From NCBI RefSeq assembly GCF_000341395.1, contig NC_020304.1:3570001-3602000 (forward strand): 32,000 bases of DNA, written 5' to 3'. How positions within the stretch are numbered: position 1 is the first letter of the stretch; the number at the start of each line of letters is the position of its first letter. Below, piece after piece: positions 9,105 through 18,149 of the stretch. A program made the position numbers and the translations under genes. Under the pieces are notes generated by a model. The model saw only the letters and a program-made list of their open reading frames with translations. It ran no database searches and was not told the DNA's origin. Origin of the DNA: Desulfocapsa sulfexigens DSM 10523. Its GTDB lineage: Bacteria; Desulfobacterota; Desulfobulbia; Desulfobulbales; Desulfocapsaceae.

Positions 9105-12100
9105 TCACTCCCTGCATTTCCATAGAGTGCATCATCACCGGCTTCACCAAACAAGTTATCATTGTCAGTATCACCGTAGAGTTCATCATTACCGTTTCCA
9201 CCATACAGATTGTCTTCCCCCTGGCCTCCATATAACGCATCATCACCAATACCGGTTCCATCACTATTATCGCCATAGAGATAATCATTGTCTGATTCCC
9301 CGTATAAGAGATCATTCCCGTCTCCGCCCCGGAGTTGATCCTCACCACTTCCACCATACAATTCATCCATACCTGAACCGGTATTATCAGGGTTATCTCC
9401 TAAAAGAAGGTCATTTCCATCTCCGCCATAAAGTGAATCATCGTCTTCTCCACCGGCAAGACTGTCATTACCTATTTCTCCATGCAATGCATCATTGCCC
9501 AGACCTCCCTGGAGTACGTCATCGCCATGACCACCAAAAAGTGCATCTATACCGTCGCCACCAAAAAGATCGTCATTGTCATCATCGCCATAGAGGACAT
9601 CATTTCCTCCTGAACCGTAAAGCACATCTTCACCGGAGCCACCATGCAATTCATCATTTCCAGTACCACTTAAATCGCCATAATCACCATACAGATGATC
9701 ATCACCATCTCCACCGGAAAGGATATCGTCACCTCCCTCGCCAGCGAGTGCATCGTCACCGATCTCACCATAAAGGGAATCATCTCCTCCTCCGCCAAGC
9801 AGTTGATCATTACCCAGGCCACCGTAAAGTAGATCCTCACCGGTACCTGTGTTATTCCATTCATCTCCTCTTAAGACATCGTCACCATCTCCGCCGAAAA
9901 GCTGATCATTATCAAGGCCGCCATACATATCATCGTTACCCTCTCCACCATAGAGGATATCATTGCCTTCCTGGCCATAAAGCCTGTCAAGATCTTCTTC
10001 TCCAAACAAAACATCATTACCAAGTGATCCCTGAAGAAGATCGTCACCTGTGCCGCCCAGCAGATAATCATCTCCAGCGTCACCAAATAGCCTGTCAACA
10101 CCTTCTTCTCCAATGAGGGTGTCGTTGCCATTTCCCCCCATCAGGTTATCATCACCTATTCCGCCAAAAAGGATATCATTACCGTCTCCACCCCATGCGT
10201 TATCATTATCAGATTCTCCGTAGAGCTTATCATCACCACCCATACCAAGGAGTTGATCATCACCCAGACCACCATAAAGGGAGTCATTACCGTTTATTCC
10301 AAACAACGTATCGGAACCACCATAGCCATACACTGTAAAGGTGGAGAGAGCGGATACGTCACTGTCAAACAGGACAGTTTCACTTCCATCTGCATATTGG
10401 ATACTAAAATGATAATTCCAGGTATCGGCTGTTATCTGGCTCAGACTTGAAACTTCCATCTCATCAGTACCAGCCAGGGAGTTGGTGTTTGGAGTGGGCT
10501 CTACATAGTCAGCCAGATTGAAGCCGAAATCGCCCGAGGAAAAGGAGTTTATGGTAAAATAGAAATTACTGGCCAGGGAAAACAGGTTCAGCGTTTGATT
10601 GGTGGAGTCATAACGAACTCTGTAATTAGCATCTTCGTAGATGTCGCTGTTTTCCTGAATTTGATTAAAGGTGAGACCTGTTATCTGATTGGCTCCATAC
10701 CAGATGGTACCCTGATTATCCGCATCGTCAACAATATCGCCGACACCGATATGGTAGGTGTCATTGCCGATACCGCCGTAAAGGGTGTCTTGAACAAAAT
10801 CATCCACACCATCTATGCCTGCCCCATATAAGATATCATCTCCCCCAGCACCGTTTATTGTATCAATGCCGGTGCCGCCGGAGATGGTATCTTGATCACT
10901 ACTTCCGGTCAGGGTGTCCTGGCCTGCCCCACCTTCTATGCGGGCAATGTTGGAGACTGTTATTCCTGTTAAGTCTATGGTGTTGTCGCCTGCGGTTCCG
11001 GCCAGTATATTTAGTCCTTCTCCACCGTCTATTATTTCTATGGAGTTTTCTGCAAGGGAGAGGGTGTTTACTCGGATGGTGTCATCCAGGTTGCCTCCGA
11101 GGATTTTATCCTCATCACCAGTACCGCCGTTGAAGGTGTCGAAGGCTTCAGGATCTTCATCTGTGCCATGGATGATGAAGGTGTCGTTTCCGGCTCCTCC
11201 GTTCATGGTGTCGCTGCCGGAGCCTCCTTCGAGGATGTCGTTGCCGGCATTGCCGGTTAGGGTGTCATTGCCTGCCATGCCGTAGAGGTGATCGTCACTG
11301 AGAGCACCAATCAATTTGGCGCTGTCATCTCCTTCCGTGCCAAAGATATAATCTCCATATGGAAGTTCTTCGTCGGGAGGATTGAGTTCAATACCTGATT
11401 GCAGATCATGAAAGTGTTTCTGCTCAGAGTAATTGTGCATGGTGTGGTAGAGGAATTTTGTTCTATCTTCGAAGTATTGTGATGAAAAGTTATCTAAATC
11501 TAACTCGTTGTTTGCATTCAAACTGCTATATTGACTATTCGGGCCCGTTATCGTGATGGGATTCAACCTTTGTAAAGCAAAGCGATATGCCATGCCAGTA
11601 CCATTATCTTGGCTTGCAAACGAAATAATGTCAGACTCTGAGATATCACCTAAAAATGATATTTCATATTGGCCTTGTGAAGATTGGGTTGCATTTCGAA
11701 CTTGAAATATCTTTTCATAGAGTTCTTCTCGAGCAACATCCCCGTTCTTTACGTCGAATGGTGAATAATCCTGTACGCATATTTCACCAAAGGTATTGAT
11801 AACCGTTTCGAGCGTTATATGGTTGTCTCTTCCTTGCCGATATGCATTGAAGACAGGGAGAAGAGATTGAAAAAACTGCGATCCATCCATCGAAGAATAC
11901 ATATCATCCAAGCGGCCAAAAAGGTCATAAACCGCCAGAGAATCTGTCATCTGTTCTTTTCCATGACCCGCAGTTGTTCCTGATAGAGATACAGATTCAA
12001 TAAATATTCCTTGGTGATCTCCTTGCTGACCGAGGGCAAACACACTGTCCATGGTCGTCATTTCCAGGAACTTATCACCAAAAATATTTAATATTTTCGA

Positions 12101-12934
12101 ACTCTCAAAAGAATCGCTTCCCCCAAGCATAGCAAAGAGGTTACGGATGTTGGTCTCGCCGTTCCCGCTCAAGCCACTAAGCGCTTCTGTCATATACCCA
12201 GCACCATTTATGGTCACAACATCATCACAGACAGAACCGAAAAGCCGTGAGAATGCAGCGGCCAGATGCCCACCCAAACTATGACCTACTGCTGTAACCT
12301 GTCCTTCAATATCATGGGATAACGCACCATATTGTCTTTCATCCGTGAATATTTCGTTCGAATAGACATCGGTGTTGATAGTGTATACCGTGCCGGTTGG
12401 CATATCGATTATGACATTATCCAATGTCCGCAGGTATAGTTCATATGGGCCGGCTACACCCAGAGGCATAGCAGTTTGTTCTGCCGCAAGTAGAGCCGTT
12501 TTGTCCGTCAACAGCTCCAATTCCGCTGCTTTATAGACGGTATTTGGAGCTGCATTTATTCTTTGCCAGTCGTTATACATGTCGACTATTTGCTTAATCG
12601 CCAGCCCATCGTAAACAATGTCACCACCGTCTGTAACGAGTAGATCGTCAATTCCCGGTTCCGTACCTCGGCATGCATAATGGTATTTGCCTGTGTTCTT
12701 ATTCCGAAAAAGAGTAGCTGAAAAGCCTGTATCGGTGTTGGGTTGGTGATAAATCACTTCCCAATTGTTGACAAAATCTTCAGCTTGCTCAGCTGTCATT
12801 TTGCCCTCAAAAGCGCTGTTTTGTAAAGCGTCTCTTATATCATCCTCAATAGTTAGATCCTCTATTTTATCAAAAAGAACGTAGGCCGCTTCAGACAATA
12901 ACGCCATATCGTAATAAATGGATGAACTGCTCAT
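9071..12934 (-). CDS. Large RTX protein with N-terminal lipase-like domain (module 2)
   Basis: 1287 aa; CRGTEPG and VTAVGHSLGGHLAAAF, possible catalytic His (GTTAGHGKEQ), then many GGxGxDxLxG nonapeptide Ca-binding repeats; abrupt end GNAGSDQVHLPCACWD. Confidence 0.9.
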   Translation of the reverse strand: MSSSSIYYDMALLSEAAYVLFDKIEDLTIEDDIRDALQNSAFEGKMTAEQAEDFVNNWEVIYHQPNTDTGFSATLFRNKNTGKYHYACRGTEPGIDDLLVTDGGDIVYDGLAIKQIVDMYNDWQRINAAPNTVYKAAELELLTDKTALLAAEQTAMPLGVAGPYELYLRTLDNVIIDMPTGTVYTINTDVYSNEIFTDERQYGALSHDIEGQVTAVGHSLGGHLAAAFSRLFGSVCDDVVTINGAGYMTEALSGLSGNGETNIRNLFAMLGGSDSFESSKILNIFGDKFLEMTTMDSVFALGQQGDHQGIFIESVSLSGTTAGHGKEQMTDSLAVYDLFGRLDDMYSSMDGSQFFQSLLPVFNAYRQGRDNHITLETVINTFGEICVQDYSPFDVKNGDVAREELYEKIFQVRNATQSSQGQYEISFLGDISESDIISFASQDNGTGMAYRFALQRLNPITITGPNSQYSSLNANNELDLDNFSSQYFEDRTKFLYHTMHNYSEQKHFHDLQSGIELNPPDEELPYGDYIFGTEGDDSAKLIGALSDDHLYGMAGNDTLTGNAGNDILEGGSGSDTMNGGAGNDTFIIHGTDEDPEAFDTFNGGTGDEDKILGGNLDDTIRVNTLSLAENSIEIIDGGEGLNILAGTAGDNTIDLTGITVSNIARIEGGAGQDTLTGSSDQDTISGGTGIDTINGAGGDDILYGAGIDGVDDFVQDTLYGGIGNDTYHIGVGDIVDDADNQGTIWYGANQITGLTFNQIQENSDIYEDANYRVRYDSTNQTLNLFSLASNFYFTINSFSSGDFGFNLADYVEPTPNTNSLAGTDEMEVSSLSQITADTWNYHFSIQYADGSETVLFDSDVSALSTFTVYGYGGSDTLFGINGNDSLYGGLGDDQLLGMGGDDKLYGESDNDNAWGGDGNDILFGGIGDDNLMGGNGNDTLIGEEGVDRLFGDAGDDYLLGGTGDDLLQGSLGNDVLFGEEDLDRLYGQEGNDILYGGEGNDDMYGGLDNDQLFGGDGDDVLRGDEWNNTGTGEDLLYGGLGNDQLLGGGGDDSLYGEIGDDALAGEGGDDILSGGDGDDHLYGDYGDLSGTGNDELHGGSGEDVLYGSGGNDVLYGDDDNDDLFGGDGIDALFGGHGDDVLQGGLGNDALHGEIGNDSLAGGEDDDSLYGGDGNDLLLGDNPDNTGSGMDELYGGSGEDQLRGGDGNDLLYGESDNDYLYGDNSDGTGIGDDALYGGQGEDNLYGGNGNDELYGDTDNDNLFGEAGDDALYGNAGSDQVHLPCACWD
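9105..11290. repeat. RTX-encoding segment duplicated at about 13994..16018 (long direct repeat)
   Basis: Near-identical translations on both copies with a few in-frame repeat-unit indels. Confidence 0.88.
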
Positions 12935-13503
12935 CGTTTTTCCTCACCGGTTTGTTTGTAAGTTTTTTTTAACTCACTAAATTCCTTTTTTTTAATAGCT
13001 GGCTGTCTCAGATGTGTCCAGAATTTAAGATCGCTTGAAGAACCACTATATATTTGCACGCGTTTGGCTAACGTCTCATCGGTCTTAGTATCGATAATGA
13101 GTTCTTCTTGTGTTACGACGGGAAGAATGGGTAAGCGATGTTCAATAAATACCCAACCAATCCGCTGATTTAATTTATACCCCCTTGTAATACCAGTAGC
13201 TTCATAAGAAGGTGACAACTTCTTCCAAGTCAAAGTCTCAGCAACTCCAGGGTTCTCTGCCTTCCACTGTTCCAGAGTCTTATAGACCCAGAAACCTGAC
13301 CTGGTATGGACGAGATATTTGAAGGTGATCAGTGTCGGCAGATAATCCCAGAAAACAAGGTTGTACATTATAAAAGCAACCAACCCGCCCCATAACCATG
13401 CCCGCCTGCCTCTATTCTTAGCCCACCGGACAGCAAGAACGGTAACTCCGATCGAAACTGCCAAATAAAACACAAAAAAAACAATTACCGCTAAACCGAA
13501 CAT
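12931..13503 (-). CDS. Small membrane protein with two predicted N-terminal TM segments, partner of the RTX protein 9071..12934
   Basis: 190 aa; NLVFWDYLPTLITFKYLVHTRSGFWVYKTLEQW motif; 4 nt overlap with the RTX gene start; gggaggtag RBS-like sequence upstream of the ATG. Confidence 0.82.
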   Translation of the reverse strand: MFGLAVIVFFVFYLAVSIGVTVLAVRWAKNRGRRAWLWGGLVAFIMYNLVFWDYLPTLITFKYLVHTRSGFWVYKTLEQWKAENPGVAETLTWKKLSPSYEATGITRGYKLNQRIGWVFIEHRLPILPVVTQEELIIDTKTDETLAKRVQIYSGSSSDLKFWTHLRQPAIKKKEFSELKKTYKQTGEEKR

Positions 13504-13520
13504 TCTTCTACCTCCCCGTT

Positions 13521-13776
13521 AATACGGGGTCGGACCAAGCTAACATGCTGAATGTTAAACATTTTGTCTCCAATAATAGGTGTTTTTATGGCTTAGAGTA
13601 CCCTTTTCAGCATCAAAAACGGTGCTGTAAGCAATTTCAGGCTCTTTCAAAACAGTAGCATCTTTGACTGAAACTATGGAGCGCTTCTGTGCCCGGCTTG
13701 CAAGTTGCTGCTGAATATCTTCTGTAAATGATTTTCTGCCAACGGCACTGGACTCACTCCAATCTTGATTTCTCAG
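13521..13776 (-). pseudogene. RAYT C-terminal fragment with REP-like terminus
   Basis: Starts with aatacggggtcggaccaagc (13521..13540); encodes WSESSAVGRKSFTEDIQQQLASRAQKRSIVSVKDATVLKEPEIAYSTVFDAEKGTLSHKNTYYWRQNV. Confidence 0.88.
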
Positions 13777-13794
13777 CAAGAAACGGTGACAACG

Positions 13795-13907
13795 GGGTCG
13801 AACCAAGTTAACAGTTTGAATATTAAACATTTTACCTCCAAAAACAGATCTTTCTAGAGCTTAAAACACCCTTTTCAGTATCAAAAACAGTACTGTAAAG
13901 AATGTGG
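13795..13907 (-). pseudogene. RAYT tail relic, second copy (cf. 8903..9018)
   Basis: acggggtcgaacc at 13795..13807 followed by near-identical sequence to 8916..9018. Confidence 0.65.
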
Positions 13908-13993
13908 TTACAATAAAGCTAAAGCCCCGATGGTACTCAACCGCTCTATCTCATCACTCTCAATCCCAACAAGCACAGGGCAAGTGAACCTGA
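13908..13993 (-). pseudogene. Fragment of a TIGR03032-like gene 3' end, second copy
   Basis: Encodes RFTCPVLVGIESDEIERLSTIGALALL-stop immediately downstream of the RTX repeats. Confidence 0.8.
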
Positions 13994-16900
13994 TCACTGC
14001 CTGTATTTCCATAGAGTGCATCATCACCGGCTTCACCAAACAGGTTATCATTGTCAGTATCACCGTAGAGTTCATCATTACCATTTCCACCATACAGATT
14101 GTCTTCCCCTTGGCCTCCATATAACGCATCATCACCAATACCGGTTCCATCACTATTATCGCCATAGAGATAATCATTGTCTGATTCCCCGTATAAGAGA
14201 TCATTTCCGTCTCCGCCCCGGAGTTGATCATCACCACTTCCACCGTACAATTCATCCATACCTGAACCGGTATTATCAGGGTTATCTCCTAAAAGAAGGT
14301 CATTCCCATCTCCGCCATAAAGTGAATCATCGTCTTCTCCACCGGCAAGACTGTCATTACCTATTTCTCCATACAATGCATCATTGCCCAGACCTCCCTG
14401 GAGTACGTCATCGCCATGACCACCAAAAAGTGCATCTATACCGTCGCCACCAAAAAGATCGTCATTGTCATCATCGCCATAGAGGGTGTCATTTCCTCCT
14501 GAACCGTAAAGCACATCTTCACCGGAGCCACCATGCAATTCATCATTTCCAGTACCACTTAAATCGCCATAATCACCATACAGATGATCATCACCATCTC
14601 CACCGGAAAGGATATCGTCACCTCCCTCGCCAGCGAGTGCATCGTCACCGATCTCACCATAAAGGGAATCATCTCCTCCTCCGCCAAGCAGTTGATCATT
14701 ACCCAGGCCACCGTAAAGTAGATCCTCTCCGGTTCCTGTGTTATCCCATTCATCTCCTCTTAAGACATCGTCACCATCTCCGCCGAAAAGCTGGTCGTTA
14801 TCAAGGCCGCCATACATATCATCGTTACCCTCTCCACCATAGAGGATATCATTGCCTTCCTGGCCATAAAGCCTGTCAAGATCTTCTTCTCCAATGAGGG
14901 TGTCATTGCCATTTTGCCCCATCAGGTTATCATCACCTATTCCGCCAAAAAGGATATCATTACCGTCTCCACCCCATGCGTTATCATTATCAGATTCTCC
15001 GTAGAGCTTATCATCACCGCCCATACCCTGGAGTTGATCATCACCCAGACCACCATAAAGGGAGTCATTGCCGTTTATTCCAAACAACGTATCGGAACCA
15101 CCATAGCCATATACTGTAAAGGTGGAGAGAGCAGATACATCACTGTTAAACAGGATAGTTTCACTTCCATCTGCATGTTGGATACTGAAATGATAATTCC
15201 AGGTATCGGCTGTTATCTGGCTCAGACTTGAAATTTCTATCTCATCAGTACCAGTCAGGGAATTGGTGTTTGGGGTGGGCTCTACATAGTCAGCCAGATT
15301 GAAGCCGAAATCGCCCGAGGAAAAGGAGTTTATGGTAAAATAGAAATTACTGGCCAGGGAAAACAGGTTCAGCGTTTGATTGGTGGAGTCATAACGAACT
15401 CTGTAATTAGCATCTTCATAGATGTCACTGTTTTCCTGAACTTGATTAAAGGTGAGATCTGTTATCTGATTGGCTCCATACCAGATGGTACCCTGATTAT
15501 CAGCGTCGTCAACAATATCGCCGACACCGATATGATAGGTGTCATTGCCGATGCCGCCGGAAAGGGTGTCACGGACATTGTCTTCCTGGTTGGTTAATGT
15601 ACCGCCATAAAGGATATCATCTCCACTTGAACCGGTTATGGTGTCGGCTCCACCTCCGCCTTCTATTCGGTTTATGTGGGTTACTGTGATGCCGGTTAGG
15701 TCTATGGTGTTGTCGCCGCTGGTTCCGGCAAGGATGTTTTCTCCGGCTCCTCCGTCTATTCTTTCTATGGAGTTATCTGCAAGGGAGAGCGCGTTTACTC
15801 GGATGGTGTCGTCCAGGTTGCCTCCGAGGATTTTATCCTCATCACCAGTACCGCCGTTGAAGGTGTCGAAGGCTTCAGGATCTTCATCTGTGCCGTGGAT
15901 GATGAAGGTGTCGTTATCGGCTCCTCCGTTCATGGTGTCGCTGCCGGAGCCGCCTTCGAGGATATCGTTTCCGCCGTTGCCGGTTAGGGTGTCGTTACCG
16001 TCCATGCCGTAGAGGTGGTCTTCCTTGGAATTGCCTTCAATCAATTCGCCTTCCAGGTTACCGAAAATATAATGCCTGTCTGTAAAATCCGGTACGCCGT
16101 TTCCTGCATAGGCATCTATGCCAAGGGTTGTGTCACAAAACTGTATATCATCGCCGGTGGGGGAAAGTGCATCTTCATGCATTGTTTGATAGAGAAAGAG
16201 GGAACGATCTTCGAGATATTGGGTTGAATATTCGGCAGCCACCAGATTGACATAGCCTGGCTGGTTGCCAGAGATGGCAAAACCAGCTAACGCGTTTAAG
16301 GCAAAAAGAAAAGCGTTGTCATTTTCTGCAGCACTTCGGAGAGCTTCGGCAGAATGCTCATGCAGTGATGTTACCGTCAAACCAGTCAGGCTATGGTCGT
16401 TGGCATACCCGGTTAATTCAATGGCAAGATCAACAAAGACCTGGGTGGTGTCAATACCGGCCTGAAAAACATTATTAACAACCGATAAGGCATGCCCATC
16501 GGGCATTTTTTCCAGAAAAGGAGTAAAGTCATCGGCATTGTTGCTGCTGCTGATGGTTGAAAAAAGGTTGTAGACGTACAGGGATTCGACAAGAGTACCG
16601 ATAGAATGGTAGTGAACGGGGTTGAATGTACTATCGCTGATAGAAATATTGACATCGGCACTCCCGATATCAGTTCCAAGATCGGCGACAAGATCATGGG
16701 GTATATCCCACCAAGTTTCTGAGGATTTGACATTTGTTACCAGGCTGTCGACTCCGTTCTTATTAGACTCAAAGTTGGAATAAGCGTCATAAAGCTCTTG
16801 TGTGATTTCTACTGGCCCAAACAACGATTCACCGGTTATATCATCATAACCAATAAAGGCTTCTTTATAATATCTCCCATTACTTGTCGATAATTCTGGA

Positions 16901-17421
16901 GATTCCAGATCTTTTGCACCTGGAGAATTATAAGTGTAACTCTCATCAACAAAATCGGTATAGGTCGCGGTAAAGATCTGAGCTAATGCACCACCCAAGG
17001 AATGACCTGTAACAGTAAGCTTTTCTCCGCTTAATACCTTATCATCTTCTTGAAGCTTTTCGAAAAATGATACCATGTCTTCAAATTGGAGCGGCGTATT
17101 GCCTGCTTTTAGCCCGAGAATATCATCATCCCAATCAGTGCCAATCAATTGGTCGGTTCCACGGATGGCCAGTATTTTTTTACCACTATTAATGTCTTCA
17201 AACAACGTGGCGCTGAATCCGCTTTCTGGACCTATGTTGTATTCGGCGCTGGTGGCAAGGACATTGTAGTGCTCAACAAAATTATCAGCCTGTTTTTGAG
17301 TAAAATTACGGTCATTCTTTAGTGACTTTATAATGTCATCATCCAATGTAGTTTGTATGATATCAATATAGCTTGCATCAGCCAATTCACCAAATTGTAA
17401 CAATTCTGGAATAGTTGCCAT
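13960..17421 (-). CDS. Large RTX protein with N-terminal lipase-like domain (module 3)
   Basis: 1153 aa; LAIRGTDQL, VTGHSLGGALAQIF, possible catalytic His (HYHSIGTL), linker shared with 6662..8011, RTX repeats shared with 9071..12934; same VHLPCACWD ending. Confidence 0.9.
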   Translation of the reverse strand: MATIPELLQFGELADASYIDIIQTTLDDDIIKSLKNDRNFTQKQADNFVEHYNVLATSAEYNIGPESGFSATLFEDINSGKKILAIRGTDQLIGTDWDDDILGLKAGNTPLQFEDMVSFFEKLQEDDKVLSGEKLTVTGHSLGGALAQIFTATYTDFVDESYTYNSPGAKDLESPELSTSNGRYYKEAFIGYDDITGESLFGPVEITQELYDAYSNFESNKNGVDSLVTNVKSSETWWDIPHDLVADLGTDIGSADVNISISDSTFNPVHYHSIGTLVESLYVYNLFSTISSSNNADDFTPFLEKMPDGHALSVVNNVFQAGIDTTQVFVDLAIELTGYANDHSLTGLTVTSLHEHSAEALRSAAENDNAFLFALNALAGFAISGNQPGYVNLVAAEYSTQYLEDRSLFLYQTMHEDALSPTGDDIQFCDTTLGIDAYAGNGVPDFTDRHYIFGNLEGELIEGNSKEDHLYGMDGNDTLTGNGGNDILEGGSGSDTMNGGADNDTFIIHGTDEDPEAFDTFNGGTGDEDKILGGNLDDTIRVNALSLADNSIERIDGGAGENILAGTSGDNTIDLTGITVTHINRIEGGGGADTITGSSGDDILYGGTLTNQEDNVRDTLSGGIGNDTYHIGVGDIVDDADNQGTIWYGANQITDLTFNQVQENSDIYEDANYRVRYDSTNQTLNLFSLASNFYFTINSFSSGDFGFNLADYVEPTPNTNSLTGTDEIEISSLSQITADTWNYHFSIQHADGSETILFNSDVSALSTFTVYGYGGSDTLFGINGNDSLYGGLGDDQLQGMGGDDKLYGESDNDNAWGGDGNDILFGGIGDDNLMGQNGNDTLIGEEDLDRLYGQEGNDILYGGEGNDDMYGGLDNDQLFGGDGDDVLRGDEWDNTGTGEDLLYGGLGNDQLLGGGGDDSLYGEIGDDALAGEGGDDILSGGDGDDHLYGDYGDLSGTGNDELHGGSGEDVLYGSGGNDTLYGDDDNDDLFGGDGIDALFGGHGDDVLQGGLGNDALYGEIGNDSLAGGEDDDSLYGGDGNDLLLGDNPDNTGSGMDELYGGSGDDQLRGGDGNDLLYGESDNDYLYGDNSDGTGIGDDALYGGQGEDNLYGGNGNDELYGDTDNDNLFGEAGDDALYGNTGSDQVHLPCACWD
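16018..16565. repeat. Direct repeat of ~6712..7245 (linker region between lipase-like domain and RTX)
   Basis: Near-identical translation YNLFSTIS...DDFTPFLEKMPDGHALSVVNNVFQAGID...YIFGNLEGELI in both genes. Confidence 0.88.
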
Positions 17422-17435
17422 CTCTAGCCCCCTAG

Positions 17436-18149
17436 CTAATTATCTTTTGATTTCAGTGTGTTATATATCAATACTTCACTATTACCTTTAAATGGGCAAA
17501 GTGTTCCAAGAGAACCATCAACATTGAGCAATGTCGCCCTAAGCCACCCTCTATTCCATCTGTACATTACTCGAATCCCCAAAGTCTCATTATGATGTCT
17601 GTCATTGATTTCCGTATAGATAAATTTATCTATAGTCGGTATTGCCAGGATTCTTTGGTCTTTGTTAGGCTGATAAGCTACCTCATACCTGCTGACTTCA
17701 TCAGGTTGCAATGGCTTCACTGCAAAACAAGGTATTTCCTGGTCAAAGGATTCTTTAAACTTATATTCATCCTTCTTTTTTGGCTTATAGCACCCTTCAG
17801 AACTTGCATCATTTAACCAATAACTACGAAAGAATTCACCGGTTTCTTCAACCTGGTAATCAATATATTTATAATTTTTATTTGGCATGCGGGGAGTACG
17901 TTTTATTCTCAATTCGCCCACATAAAACCCTTCCACATTCTCCACGGTCTTATAAATCTTCATGCCGGATTTAAATTTGCAGAAGTACCAGAAGGTGGGG
18001 TAGCCGATTATCACATCCCAGCTAGGAATTAGAGCCAGAATAATAATTCCAATGATTCTGCCTTTTGTTGATTTTGCGACCAAAACAATTACCAGTAATC
18101 CCAAAAGGAGGTAGATAGCTGCACCAAATATGACAAGAATCTGAATCAT
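17436..18149 (-). CDS. Small membrane protein with two predicted N-terminal TM segments, partner of the RTX protein 13960..17421
   Basis: 237 aa; PSWDVIIGYPTFWYFCKFKSGMKIYKTVENVEGFY; 14 nt upstream of the RTX gene. Confidence 0.8.
   Translation of the reverse strand: MIQILVIFGAAIYLLLGLLVIVLVAKSTKGRIIGIIILALIPSWDVIIGYPTFWYFCKFKSGMKIYKTVENVEGFYVGELRIKRTPRMPNKNYKYIDYQVEETGEFFRSYWLNDASSEGCYKPKKKDEYKFKESFDQEIPCFAVKPLQPDEVSRYEVAYQPNKDQRILAIPTIDKFIYTEINDRHHNETLGIRVMYRWNRGWLRATLLNVDGSLGTLCPFKGNSEVLIYNTLKSKDN

Noticed and set aside
9019-9366. 115 aa and matching 13908..14255 ORFs as independent genes
   Set aside because: Upstream part is an out-of-frame reading of RTX sequence (Met-rich nonsense); only the last ~28 codons are meaningful, as a TIGR03032-like tail fragment.
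9127-10116. Plus-strand 329 aa His/Arg-rich ORF
   Set aside because: Antisense to the RTX repeats; low-complexity HHRY/RHHH composition follows from repeated GGxGxD codons on the other strand. The similar ORF at 14016..14897 has the same explanation.
9100-11290. Regularly spaced short repeats as a CRISPR array
   Set aside because: Periodicity corresponds to 27 nt (9 codon) RTX motifs in an open coding frame, with no constant direct repeat/unique spacer structure and no cas genes.
13930-16227. Plus-strand ORFs opposite the module 3 RTX gene (for example 13930..14124, 15638..16012), and matching ones opposite module 2
   Set aside because: They duplicate each other only because the underlying RTX sequence is duplicated; no RBS, domain or start context supports them.
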